From Gemmatimonadales bacterium (GTDB lineage Bacteria; Gemmatimonadota; Gemmatimonadetes; Gemmatimonadales; GWC2-71-9), in the NCBI GenBank assembly GCA_041577295.1, contig JBFGJG010000045.1, positions 1 to 36,250 of the forward strand: 36,250 nucleotides of DNA, written 5' to 3'. Below are positions 1 through 10,600 of this stretch, in pieces (the first letter of the stretch is position 1; every line of letters starts with the position of its first letter). A program made the translations under genes and the position numbers. The notes under the pieces were generated by a model, which was not told where the DNA came from, searched no databases, and saw nothing but the letters and a program-made list of their open reading frames with translations.

Positions 1-432
1 GGTGGCGACATCACGTTTCATGGTCCCGGACAGCTGGTCGGATACCCTATCGTCGATCTCACCGAGCACAAGCAGGACCTGCACTGGTTTCTCCGTCAGA
101 TCGAAGAAAGCCTGATCCGCGCGCTCGCCACGGTTGGGATCGAGGCCGGCCGCAACCCACCTCACACCGGCGTGTGGACTGGTGGACGCAAGATCGCCAG
201 CATCGGCATTCACGTGAAACAGTGGGTCACTTGGCACGGCTTCGCACTCAACGTTACCACCGACCTCACCTACTTCGATCTGATCGTGCCCTGCGGAATC
301 CCCAACGTTCAGATGACGAGCGTCACGCGCGAATTGGGCGAGCGCACCCCGCGCGATATCTGGGGAAGAATGCTGGATGCCACCGTGATGGGATTTGCCG
401 AAGTTTTCGGATTTGAACCGCAACTACAGTGA
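1..432 (+). CDS. lipB: Lipoyl(octanoyl) transferase LipB, 5' truncated by window edge
   Basis: Frame 1 is open from base 1 and reads [30 protein letters not shown] and IVPCGI, all LipB signatures. Stop TGA at 430-432. Confidence 0.95.
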   Translation, partial: GGDITFHGPGQLVGYPIVDLTEHKQDLHWFLRQIEESLIRALATVGIEAGRNPPHTGVWTGGRKIASIGIHVKQWVTWHGFALNVTTDLTYFDLIVPCGIPNVQMTSVTRELGERTPRDIWGRMLDATVMGFAEVFGFEPQLQ

Positions 433-465
433 GAAGTTAACAGCAAGCCCCGCACCGCGGCCCGC

Positions 466-1839
466 TCACTGCGCTTCTCCCATCAACTGCAGGAATCTGC
501 CAAAGACCCGCACACCTTTCCACACCTGATTCAGGTTGATCTTCTCGTTGGGTGCATGCAGCCGGTCATCGGGCAAACCGATACCGGCCAAGACCACCGC
601 AGCCCCACCCTTGCCGAGGACCGGAACCACCGGAATCGAACCACCGGAACGAATCGGTACGACACCACGCCCCTCCACCTCGCGGAACGCCTGATCGATC
701 AGTGAAAACGGCTTGCTCGAGACATCCACGAGCACCGGGTCGGCACCGTTCAACAGACGGACAGTGACCTCGGCGTGCGGTGGCACGGCGGTGCGTACCG
801 CGTGCTGTAGCTGCTCCTCCACGGCTTTCACACGCTGATTCGGCACCAACCGGAGGCTCACCTTGGCGGTGGCGACCGCGGGAATCACCGTTTTGGCGCC
901 TGTATCCGTGAACCCGCCAACGATCCCGTGGATCTCGAACGAGGGAAGTGCCCACACTCGCTCAAAGACCGAATGCCCCGTGAGTCCTGTCAACGCCTTG
1001 GCTCCGACTTCCCGCTCGCGAAACTCGTCCTCATCGAAGGGAAGTTCATTCCACGCGTCCACCTCTTCCTGACTCGGCGGCTCCACCGCGTCGTAGAGCC
1101 CGGGTATCCGGATCCGACCGTCCGGCGATTTGAGCTTAGCGAGCAACTGCACCAACGTCTCGAGGGCGTTCGGCGCCACGCCGCCGTAGAGCCCCGAGTG
1201 CAGGTCGCCCTCCAACGTGCGAACCGTGATCTCCGCATAGCAGAGCCCGCGCAATCCCACCTCCACCGCCGGCCAACCCGGGGCGTAGTACGGCATGTCG
1301 GCAATCAACACGGCGTCTCCACGCAGCAGCTCGGGTCGCTCGTCCAGAAGCTGAAACAACACACCACTTCCCGACTCCTCTTGTCCCTCGATCAGAAACC
1401 GGACGTTGACCGGTGGCGGGCCGCCGTTTCCTCCTCTGACCGCCTCGAACGCTTTGACGACGGCGAACACTTGCCCCTTGTCATCGGTAGCGCCCCGCGC
1501 GTACAGGTTGCCGTTTCGCTCGGTGGGCTCGAACGGCGGTGACTCCCACAGATCGAGCGGATCTGCCGGTTGCACGTCGTAATGACCGTACACGATCACC
1601 GTGGGTCGATCGGGGGCAGACTGGCTCTCCGCGTACACGACGGGATGGGTTTCGCTGCCCAACAGCTCAACTTGTTCACACCCCAGATGCTGAAAGTGAT
1701 TGCGCAGCCACTGGGCCGCGCGCTGGCAATCGTGGGCGCGTTCCGGCGTCGTCGAGACGCTCGGAATGCTGAGAAACTCCTTCAACTCGTCCAGCATTCG
1801 GCTCTGTTCGGCCACAACGTAGGCTTTGAGATCGAGCAT
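466..1839 (-). CDS. M20/M25/M40 family dipeptidase (457 aa)
   Basis: Motifs YGHYDVQP, ARGATDDKG, EGQEESGS, DLHSG and LHAPNE. Start placed at ATG 1839 (MLDLKAY); the longer ORF extension overlaps the divergent GDH gene. Confidence 0.92.
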   Translation of the reverse strand: MLDLKAYVVAEQSRMLDELKEFLSIPSVSTTPERAHDCQRAAQWLRNHFQHLGCEQVELLGSETHPVVYAESQSAPDRPTVIVYGHYDVQPADPLDLWESPPFEPTERNGNLYARGATDDKGQVFAVVKAFEAVRGGNGGPPPVNVRFLIEGQEESGSGVLFQLLDERPELLRGDAVLIADMPYYAPGWPAVEVGLRGLCYAEITVRTLEGDLHSGLYGGVAPNALETLVQLLAKLKSPDGRIRIPGLYDAVEPPSQEEVDAWNELPFDEDEFREREVGAKALTGLTGHSVFERVWALPSFEIHGIVGGFTDTGAKTVIPAVATAKVSLRLVPNQRVKAVEEQLQHAVRTAVPPHAEVTVRLLNGADPVLVDVSSKPFSLIDQAFREVEGRGVVPIRSGGSIPVVPVLGKGGAAVVLAGIGLPDDRLHAPNEKINLNQVWKGVRVFGRFLQLMGEAQ

Positions 1840-1927
1840 GCGAGGAATATATCCCCCTTGCCGCCGTAGGGTATTCCAGCGATTGTGATTGCGGACAAGG
1901 ACTGCGAGAAGTAAAGGGAATCCATAT

Positions 1928-3193
1928 ATGACCAGCACCGCTGTTATGCCACGAACCCTGGGCATCGGTCGCATCGTCATCAACCAGCTCGATCGCGCCG
2001 CCGATTTAATTGGCCTCGAGACATACATGCGGGAAATGCTGACGATGCCGTTCCGCTCGGTGTCTGTCGAAGTGCCGGTTCGCATGGACAACGGACAGAT
2101 CGAGGTGTTCCGTGGCTACCGTGTGCAGCACAACGGTGCACGCGGTCCGTGTAAGGGTGGGGTCCGCTATCACCCCGAGGCCGATGAGGGGGAAGTGTTG
2201 GGTCTCGCGACCACGATGACGTGGAAGACGGCGCTGCTTCAGATTCCCTTTGGCGGGGCGAAAGGTGGGCTGCAGGTGGACCCGCGGCGCCTCTCAGTTC
2301 GTGAGTTGGAGGCAGCTACCCGCAACTTCACCAACCGGATCGCGATCGTCTTGGGTCCGTACCGCGACATTCCAGCGCCGGACATGGGAACCAACGCGCA
2401 GGTCATGGCGTGGATGCTCGACGAATACTCTCGCAAACGTGGGTACTCGCCGGCCTGTGTTACCGGAAAGCCGGTGTCGCTCGGCGGATCGTTGGGCCGT
2501 GAGGAAGCCACGGGTCAGGGCGTGATGTACGCCATGCAGGCCTACGGAAAGGACTATGGCGTCAAGATCAAGGGATCGCGGGTAGTGATCCAAGGATTCG
2601 GCAACGTCGGTGCGCATCTAGCTCGTTTGCTCCACAATGAAGGCGCAAAGGTCATTGCGATCACGGACGCCGACGGCGGCCTGCACAATGAGAACGGCAT
2701 CGATATCCCCTCCCTCTTTCACCACAGCTACACGGAGCGCAAGCCGGTTCCGACGTTCGTTGGAGGTGATCGGATCACGAACGAAGCGCTGTGGGAGATT
2801 CCTTGTGAGTGGCTGGTCCCGGCGGCCATCGGCGGGGTGATCGCCAAGGAGACGTGTGCCCGTTCGATCGACTGCCGGGTGGTCGTCGAAGCGGCCAACA
2901 GCCCCGTGACCTCGATTGCCGACCGTATCCTGGAAGACCGGGAGATCCCGGTGCTCCCGGACTTCCTCGTGAACGCCGGTGGTGTCGTGGTGAGCTACTT
3001 CGAGTGGGTCCAGAACCTCCAGCAACACCCCTGGAGCCTCGAGAAAGTCAACAGCGAGCTGTTGACCAAGATGACCACCGCGTACCAAAGCGTCCGCGAG
3101 ATCGTCGAGTCCAAGGACGTCCCGTGGCGCACCGCCGCCTACATGATCGCGCTCTCGCGGGTTGCGGAGGCCGAGCGGCTGCGAGGGCATTGA
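1928..3193 (+). CDS. gdhA: Glu/Leu/Phe/Val dehydrogenase, glutamate dehydrogenase type (421 aa)
   Basis: Motifs KGGVRYHP, GGAKGG, DIPAPDMGT, QGFGNVG and NAGGVVVSYFEW. AAAGGGA lies upstream of ATG 1928. Confidence 0.9.
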   Translation: MTSTAVMPRTLGIGRIVINQLDRAADLIGLETYMREMLTMPFRSVSVEVPVRMDNGQIEVFRGYRVQHNGARGPCKGGVRYHPEADEGEVLGLATTMTWKTALLQIPFGGAKGGLQVDPRRLSVRELEAATRNFTNRIAIVLGPYRDIPAPDMGTNAQVMAWMLDEYSRKRGYSPACVTGKPVSLGGSLGREEATGQGVMYAMQAYGKDYGVKIKGSRVVIQGFGNVGAHLARLLHNEGAKVIAITDADGGLHNENGIDIPSLFHHSYTERKPVPTFVGGDRITNEALWEIPCEWLVPAAIGGVIAKETCARSIDCRVVVEAANSPVTSIADRILEDREIPVLPDFLVNAGGVVVSYFEWVQNLQQHPWSLEKVNSELLTKMTTAYQSVREIVESKDVPWRTAAYMIALSRVAEAERLRGH

Positions 3194-3239
3194 CGGTGAG
3201 GAAGTAGGAACGAATCTCGATGATCATTCTACACACGAC

Positions 3240-4355
3240 TCACCACGCACTACTGATCACCTCGAACGGCTCCGCGTCCCCGCGCGTTCGCACCGCTTCC
3301 GCAATCGCCTCCACCGTCCGTCGCACGTCGGCCCCGTGTGCCTGATAGGCCTGTTCGAATAGTTCGAGGTTAGTTCGGTAGATTTTCGATGCCACGACGC
3401 TTGCGTTGTTGAGCGTGCGGTTGACGAGCCACTCGGCACGATACGCTTCGAGCTCGGGACCCACCGAATCCCGCAGTGCGGTTCTCGCCGCCGCAAACAC
3501 CTCCTCCCGTCGAACCAACACATCGTCTCCCCCAGCGGCGTAGAGAGCTTCCAGCTGACGCACCAGAGTCCAATAGAAACGCCCCAGCCGCATCTCGTCA
3601 CGCCATCTGGCAGCGGCACGGCTCGCTTGTAGGCTGTCGCCCCGGCTCCGAAAGAACCGCTCCGCACCGCGATAGCCCACGAAGGAGGCAAAACTCTCGT
3701 CGAACTCGGTTGCGCCTGGCACATACAGCGTGTTGTGGGCGATCTCGTGGATCACGGTGGAGACCAGCGTGACGGGGTCGTTGCTCATCGCCGTCGACAG
3801 CAAGGGATCGTTGAACCAGCCAAGCGTGGAGAACGCGCCCGCGGTGCGGAGATAGGTATCGTAGCCCGCCTCGTCCAAGCGACGTGCCTCGTCTCGACCG
3901 GCGGCGAAATCGAAGAAACCCTTGTAGGGAACGACCCCAACGATGGGATAGCGCCAGGTGTATGGGGCGAACTGGGTCCGCTGGCTCGCGGTGAGCACCA
4001 CCAAAAGGGTATCCCGCCCGACATCGGTGTACGTCGTATAGGTCTCTTCGGGCACGAGGCCGAGTGAGTCGCCGGCGAAGGCACGTGCGTCGAGGACCAG
4101 TTGCAAGAGCGCGCGACGGTCTGCCGGGATGGTCGAATCCGCGACGAGTCGGGTCAACGGTCGTCGCTTGAGCAGAATGCCGGCCTCTTCGTACGCCGCA
4201 CGCCCGAGAAACCGCGCTTCCCGACTCACCATCAAGGCGACGCCTGTCACCACCACCAGTGCACCAATCACGATGCCAAGACCGCGCACCAGCCACCGAA
4301 CCCAGCGTCGCGTGCGCCTCGTTTCGCCCCGTTCCCCTCCCCCCTCACCGCTCAT
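3240..4355 (-). CDS. Putative zinc aminopeptidase, DUF2265-like, N-terminal membrane anchor (371 aa)
   Basis: Motifs [24 protein letters not shown] and HEIAH...FDESFA (HExxH plus E). ATG 4355 overlaps the upstream TGA (ATGA coupling). Confidence 0.85.
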   Translation of the reverse strand: MSGEGGGERGETRRTRRWVRWLVRGLGIVIGALVVVTGVALMVSREARFLGRAAYEEAGILLKRRPLTRLVADSTIPADRRALLQLVLDARAFAGDSLGLVPEETYTTYTDVGRDTLLVVLTASQRTQFAPYTWRYPIVGVVPYKGFFDFAAGRDEARRLDEAGYDTYLRTAGAFSTLGWFNDPLLSTAMSNDPVTLVSTVIHEIAHNTLYVPGATEFDESFASFVGYRGAERFFRSRGDSLQASRAAARWRDEMRLGRFYWTLVRQLEALYAAGGDDVLVRREEVFAAARTALRDSVGPELEAYRAEWLVNRTLNNASVVASKIYRTNLELFEQAYQAHGADVRRTVEAIAEAVRTRGDAEPFEVISSAW

Positions 4356-5299
4356 AGCGTCAGCCGCAACCCCAAGCGATGGGCGGGCTCGCGCAGCAGG
4401 TCGTCCTGGCGGTATGCGTAATCGACGTTGATTCGCGGCAACGCGAACGTCGCGCCATACGTCGCGGCGGAAAAGGTGGGCAGCGTCGGCCGGGAGCTCC
4501 ACGCGACGCGCCCCACCACGCCCACCTTGCTCGCGAGCACGATTCCCGCCTCGCCTCCGAGGACTAGTCGCGCCGATTGATCCTCTGGCCACTGCACCTC
4601 AAGCACCGAGAGCAGCCGAAAAGACTCCTGCGGATCGACGTAGTTCATCGTGAACCCGAGCCGAGAGAGGCTCGGCATATCGAGCACTGGCTGGTCCCAG
4701 TTGCCTCCGATGTTCTGCCGGGAAAACCCGATCGCCATGATGTCAAACAGCGCAATAGCGAGACCCGCATCCGCGCTGAAGCCGCGCTCCGTCAGCGTGT
4801 CCAGCGTCCGTCGCATGACCTTGGCACTCCCCCCCAAGGCGATCAGGCCAAATCGATAGACCAGGGATCCAATGCCGAGGAACTCCCGTGCGGGATCGCC
4901 CGCCATGACTGGGACGCCAAACCGCGCCGGCTCAGACCCGAGATCCGCATACTCGAACCCAAAGCCAAGATCGAACTGCTTGAGCCGCCATGCCATGGCG
5001 CCCGCGACGATGTATGCATCCGACGGGGCCAAGCGAAACGCACCCTCGAGCGCGATGTGGCGGATCGTGGCAAGCCCAGCGGGATTAGCGAACACGGCAC
5101 CGGCATCCCCAACCAATGCGGCACCCGCACCGTTCAGACCGGCATGGCGGACGGACACGGGGGTGCGAAACAGCACCGACGGCACCGTGTCCGATTGCGC
5201 AACCAGCGACCCGCCCCCGAAGAGGCTGTGAAGCGCCAGCACGACCACGACCCCGCGGAGTGGGCGTGTGCATACACGAGCGCTCGAGGACAACGACAC
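4352..5299 (-). CDS. PorV/PorQ/FadL-like outer-membrane beta-barrel protein
   Basis: Signal-peptide-like N-terminus, then [31 protein letters not shown], which resembles the FadL/PorV plug motif. Alternating amphipathic strands follow, ending HRLGLRLTL. Confidence 0.7.
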   Translation of the reverse strand: MSLSSSARVCTRPLRGVVVVLALHSLFGGGSLVAQSDTVPSVLFRTPVSVRHAGLNGAGAALVGDAGAVFANPAGLATIRHIALEGAFRLAPSDAYIVAGAMAWRLKQFDLGFGFEYADLGSEPARFGVPVMAGDPAREFLGIGSLVYRFGLIALGGSAKVMRRTLDTLTERGFSADAGLAIALFDIMAIGFSRQNIGGNWDQPVLDMPSLSRLGFTMNYVDPQESFRLLSVLEVQWPEDQSARLVLGGEAGIVLASKVGVVGRVAWSSRPTLPTFSAATYGATFALPRINVDYAYRQDDLLREPAHRLGLRLTL

Positions 5300-5306
5300 G
5301 TGGCGG

Positions 5307-7484
5307 TTACCGGATCCTGATCACGTTCAGTCGCGGCACGACGACGGGATCGATCGTACCGCCCGTGTCGTCCGTGAACTCGAGCGTGAAGCCCCGCTCG
5401 AGCGGTCCGAGTACGACCCGGATGTACTCACCAGACCCCGATCGCAACGTGCCGCTGCGCTGGAAGGTGGCCCCCACCGAATCCGGGACGAGGGGATACG
5501 GACGGTCGAAATCGTCCGGGGCCTGCTCGTTCAGCGACTCGTATGTCGTCCGGAAGGCCCACGTCGTGTACTGCAGACGGCCATCGGGCGTGAAGTTCGG
5601 GAGGTCCGACACGTAGTTGGCCAGGAACCACTGCGCCAGAAGCTTGGCCATTGACTCCCCGGTGGCCTGTTGCACGTTGGCCGCGCCGGTGAGCGATGTC
5701 TCCACTAGGCGCCGCGTGATCTCGTCACCAAACTGATCCACCACCCACCGCAAGAACAGCCAACCCGCACCTCGTTCCTCGAGCGATCCGGTTCCCTGTG
5801 ATGGGAGCAGGAACTCCGCACCCGGGTCCTTCAGATACAGGAACGCGTTGAACAGGTTGCCAATGGCAAACCGTGAAAACTGCTGATCATTACCCTGATC
5901 GAGGAAGTGGAGCGCGCCGAGTTCCTCAGCGAGGTGCGACATTGCTTCGTTCATCCACAAGACCTCGGAGTTCCCCCTCCGGCGGAGCACGTGCTGATTG
6001 TAGCTGATCATGTGCTGCAGCTCGTGAATGAACGTCACTGGCACGAGACGCCGAATCCGATCCACCGAGTGCTCGCACGTCACCGAGCCTGTGGGGTCCG
6101 CCACAAGCGTGTAAAAGACCTCCGCCTGGTTAGAGCGTTCGTCATTGCGAAACGCCGGATCAACATCCAACGCGAAGAAAAACCCCGTGATGATCGCAAT
6201 TTCACATTCCGCCTTCGTGGTGAGCCCGTTGACCACTGGGGTCATCAGGATCACGACGCGCCCGTTGCGATCGACATCGGACTCCGCGCCGAAAGCCCGT
6301 GCGTTTACCTCATAGAGATCGTCGTCGAACATCTGGCCCAGCGAGCCAAAATCCGAGGGGGTGAGTCCGTTCGCCGGTGCGTTCAGATCCTGATAGACCA
6401 CCGCGTGATCGCCCACGAACATGACCTCCGCCGTGACGCGCTCGAAATCATCAACGGCGGAACACGTCACGATCCGGCAGACACGGAAGTTGCGGCGATC
6501 CCCTATGTCCGGCTGCGCTGCCTGAGCCGCCGGTGCCAGCAGTTCGGGTTCGAGTGGAGGCTTGGGGAGCTGGGCAAACTCGGCCTCGCGGGCCCTGAGC
6601 GCGTCATGAAACCGCATTGCGTGCGTTGGAGGAGTCCTCGTGCGACGCGGCGCCGCGACGACCGTGGTCATCGCGTTGCCGCGCAACCGATACGAAGCCG
6701 ACTGCCCGGTCGTGCCAGTCACCGATTGCGGGCCAAACATGTATTCGGCTCCGCTGACACCTGCGTCGGGAAAGATCGCGCAGGTACCAACCTGGGCCGG
6801 GTCGACCGACGCGTAATCGCCGGCGGCCAGCGCCAACGGTTGACCGGTGCTCTCGTACGTTCCCGTGAGCGCGTTGGACGTCGCGAGATCGATGCGCACA
6901 ACGATCGACACCGCTCCAGGCATCAGGCACGCCGGCACGACGGCGGTCACGCTCGAGCCGTCAGCTGCAATGGTGAGCACGCGCGCAGGACCGCTTCCGA
7001 TCTCTACCACCAATGCACCCGAGAGTGCGCTTCCTGCAATCGTGACCGTGTCGCCACCGGTGAACGTTGACGGCGTGACCGACGAAAGCTGTGGAGGATC
7101 GGTGGCTGTCGCGGTAAACTCGACGCTCATCTGCCGGTTTGCGACGAGCGTTGCGCGCACGGTGTACTCGCCAACTGTTGGCCCCAAGCGGAAGGTGACC
7201 GCTGCGCGGCCTGTGCCATCGGACGTCGTCGATTGGTCTGACAGATCCGCTCCCGTCCCCGACGTCACGCTCCACTCGATATCACCACGCGGAACGGGCG
7301 TCCCGTCCGCCGCGCGAACGATCACCGCCAGTGCCTGCGGCAACCGCGCGCCCGCCGGCGCGCTCTGCCCGTTCGTCGCCGCTACTGCCTCAACGCTCGC
7401 CGGTTCCGGCAGGTCGATCTCGCTGGTGCCGCCGCAGGCTGCCCCAATGAGGAGCGCCGCCAGCCAATTCACGCGCTTTGTCAC
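5307..7484 (-). CDS. Lipoprotein with Ig-like and IPT/TIG domains plus a HExxH metallopeptidase domain (M30-like), 725 aa
   Basis: GGAGG RBS before GTG 7484. Lipobox-like LLIGAAC, Big-1-like segment (STTSDGTGRAAVTFRLG), IPT start (PQLSSVTP), and HELQH followed by WMNEAMSHLAE. Confidence 0.75.
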   Translation of the reverse strand: MTKRVNWLAALLIGAACGGTSEIDLPEPASVEAVAATNGQSAPAGARLPQALAVIVRAADGTPVPRGDIEWSVTSGTGADLSDQSTTSDGTGRAAVTFRLGPTVGEYTVRATLVANRQMSVEFTATATDPPQLSSVTPSTFTGGDTVTIAGSALSGALVVEIGSGPARVLTIAADGSSVTAVVPACLMPGAVSIVVRIDLATSNALTGTYESTGQPLALAAGDYASVDPAQVGTCAIFPDAGVSGAEYMFGPQSVTGTTGQSASYRLRGNAMTTVVAAPRRTRTPPTHAMRFHDALRAREAEFAQLPKPPLEPELLAPAAQAAQPDIGDRRNFRVCRIVTCSAVDDFERVTAEVMFVGDHAVVYQDLNAPANGLTPSDFGSLGQMFDDDLYEVNARAFGAESDVDRNGRVVILMTPVVNGLTTKAECEIAIITGFFFALDVDPAFRNDERSNQAEVFYTLVADPTGSVTCEHSVDRIRRLVPVTFIHELQHMISYNQHVLRRRGNSEVLWMNEAMSHLAEELGALHFLDQGNDQQFSRFAIGNLFNAFLYLKDPGAEFLLPSQGTGSLEERGAGWLFLRWVVDQFGDEITRRLVETSLTGAANVQQATGESMAKLLAQWFLANYVSDLPNFTPDGRLQYTTWAFRTTYESLNEQAPDDFDRPYPLVPDSVGATFQRSGTLRSGSGEYIRVVLGPLERGFTLEFTDDTGGTIDPVVVPRLNVIRIR

Positions 7485-7635
7485 CTGTGCTACCTCCCTG
7501 TCATCCGAGAATATGGACCCACACGAGCCGTGCTGGGCATGCGCTCTTACCCTTCAGTTCCCGGCCCCGCAGACGGCGTTTCGGCTCCCGGCGCGTGAGG
7601 AGTTAAGCGTTGATCTTACAACAAGATATGCGTTT

Positions 7636-7664
7636 TTGACAACGGTTGGAGACGTGGATACTTT
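7636..7664 (+). promoter_or_regulatory. Sigma70-type promoter for dnaE operon
   Basis: TTGACA (7636-7641), 17-nt spacer, TACTTT (7659-7664), ending 12 nt before the dnaE ATG. Confidence 0.7.
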
Positions 7665-7676
7665 TCGACGACGCGC

Positions 7677-10600
7677 ATGGCTTTCGCTCACCTCCACACC
7701 CATTCAGAATACTCGCTCCTCGATGGTGCGATCCGCATTCCCGACCTGCTGGAGTGCGTCGCCCGGCAGGGGATGGACAGCCTGGCGCTCACCGATCACG
7801 GCAACCTATATGCTGCCGTCACCTTCTATGAGCACGCCAAAGCCGCCAAGATCCGGCCGATTCTGGGCTTCGAAGCATACCTGGCCTTTGGCTCGCGACA
7901 CCAACGCGAGCGTCCTAGCAATGCGCCGGCGCAGTACTCACACCTCGTGCTGCTCGCACGGAATCGTACGGGCTATCACAACCTCATCAAGCTCTCGTCC
8001 ATCGGATACCTGGAGGGATACTACCGCCGCCCACGGATCGACAAGGAAGTCCTCGCACGCCACGCCGACGGCGTGATCTGCCTGGCGGCGTGTCTCTCTG
8101 GTGAGATCTCACTCTACTTGCGTCAACAGAACTACGAGGCCGCACGCTCGGCGGCCGAGTGGTTCGCGCGCACATTCGGACCCGATGGGTTCTGGCTCGA
8201 GGTGCAGGATCACGGAATTCCCGACGAGAAGATCGTGCAGAAGGGGATGTTCGCGCTGGCGGACGATCTGGGGCTGCCCATCGTCGCCACGAACGACGCG
8301 CACTACCTCCAGCGAGCCGACCACGAAGCGCACGACTGTCTGCTAGCGATCGGGACTGGACGCGATTTGGACGACCCCAACCGGTTCCGGTTCTTTGGAC
8401 AGGAGAGCTACGTCAAGTCCGAAGCGGAAATGGCCAAGCTGTTTCCGGACCGGCCGGATGTGTTGCAGAACACCCAGCGGGTCGCCGACCTGTGCGAGTT
8501 CGATTTCGAGAAGCGTTACTTCCTCCCGGAGTTTCCCCTTCCCGAGGGCTACGCCTCGGACAACGATCTGCTGGTCGAGCTGACCACGAAGGGCGCGACG
8601 GGTCACTACGGCGAGCCCCTCCCATCGCACGTGCAGGAGCGCCTCGACTATGAGCTGGGCGTCATCACCAAGACGGGCTACGCGGGCTACTTCCTCATCG
8701 TTCAGGACTTCATTCAGGCCGCGCGCGCGAGGGGGATCCCGGTGGGACCCGGCCGCGGCTCGGCCGCGGGGTCGCTGGTGGCGTATTCGCTGGGCATCAC
8801 GGGTGTGGATCCGCTCCAATTCGATCTGCTGTTCGAGAGATTTCTCAACCCCGAGCGAATCTCGATGCCGGACATCGACGTCGACTTCTGCTTCGAACGG
8901 CGCAACGAAGTCATCGACTACGTTCGCGAGCGGTACGGCGCCGACAGCGTGGGCCAGATCATCACGTTCGGAACGCTCAAGGCCCGCGCCGCCCTCCGCG
9001 ACATCGCCCGCGTGCTGGGCGTGAGCCCGAGCGAGGTGGACCGGCTGGCGAAGCTCATCCCGTCCGGCCCAGGCTACGCGCTATCCCTGGCACAGGCCGT
9101 CGAGAAGGTCGCTGAGCTCAAGCAGCTCGCAGAGGACAACCACACCGTGAACCGGTTGGTGGATCTCGCGCAGCGAATCGAGGGACTCGCGCGCCACGCC
9201 TCGGTTCACGCAGCAGGCGTGGTCATCGCCCCCGGCCCGTTGATGGATTACGTGCCGGTATGCACGCCGCCCCAGCGCAACGGGGGCACCGGGGATGGAA
9301 CGGACGCCATCATCACACAGTTCGACATGATCGGCCTCGAGAAGGTCGGCATGTTGAAGATGGACTTCCTCGGGCTCAAAACGCTGACCGTCATCCACGA
9401 CGCGTTGGCGATGATCCGCGAACGTCACGGTCAGGAGATCGACCTCGACACGCTCGATCTCGAAGACCCGACGGTCTACGAGCTGCTCCGCGACGGTCGT
9501 ACGGCGGGCATTTTTCAGTTCGAGTCTCCGCTCGGCACGGACATGTTGCGGCAGCTTCGCTGCGACCGGTTTGACGATCTCGTTGCCACGAATGCCTTGG
9601 TGCGTCCCGGGCCGCTCGATTCGGGCATGCACCTGGTCTACATCCGGCGCAAGCGTGGTGAAGAGAAGGTCCGGTATCCCCACCGCGACCTCGCGGAGGT
9701 GCTGGAGCCCACCTACGGTGTCATCATCTATCAAGAGCAGTTGATGCGCATCGCCAATGTGTTGGCCGGGTACTCCCTGGCCGAAGCCGACGTGCTGCGC
9801 AAGGCGGTGGGAAAGAAAGATCAGGAGCTGATCGAGAGCGAGCTGGGGCGCTTCGTTGAGCGCTGTGTCGAGCGTGGCCATCAGCGGAGTACCATCGTGG
9901 ACATCGCCGCACAGATCCGCACCTTTGGGCGATATGGCTTCAACAAGTCCCACTCGGTCGCGTACAGCATCCTCTCATTCCAAACCGCATGGTTGAAGGG
10001 GCATTATCCTGCGGAATTCATGGCGGCGCTGTTGTCGTCGGAGATCGGCGACACGGACAAGGTGGTGGTCTACATCGCCGAAGCGCGGGAAATGGGAATT
10101 GAGGTACTGCCCCCGTCCGCCAACGAGTCCGGCTGGAAATTCACGGTCACCGGCGATCATCAAATCCGGTTTGGGCTCGGCGCGGTCCGAAACGTGGGGC
10201 GGGGGGCCATCGAGTCGATCATCGCCGCGCGGGAGGCAGAGGGTCCCTATGAGTCGCTTTACGACTTTTGCGAGCGAGTGGATCTCCGGTTGTGCAACAA
10301 GCGCGTCGTCGAATCGCTCATCGCCGCAGGCGCGCTCGATCAGGCGGGCGGGCATCGCGCGCAGCTGCTCGCTGGTCTGGACGCGGCGCTTGGCGAGGCG
10401 CAGCTGCGGCAGGCCGAACGCGATGCCGGTCAGGCCTCGCTGTTTGGCGAGTCACCGGCGGGTGACGAGCACCGGGCGGCGGGGCCGAGCTTGCCCGATG
10501 TCCCGCCGTGGTCGGAGGCGGAGCGGCTTGCGCGGGAGAAAGCGGTGGTGGGGTTTTTCATTTCGGGACACCCCCTGGAGCGCTACCGCGAGGAGGCGCA

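Noticed and set aside
1840..2091. N-terminal extensions given by the ORF track (M20 here; also the aminopeptidase, DUF4350-like, GNAT and 30685 ORFs)
   Set aside because: They overlap neighbouring genes or spacers; downstream starts fit RBS position, coupling and domain boundaries better.
5907..8076. Long plus-strand ORFs of 387 and 409 aa
   Set aside because: Antisense or alternate-frame shadows of the lipoprotein gene and dnaE, expected in GC-rich DNA; no motifs.
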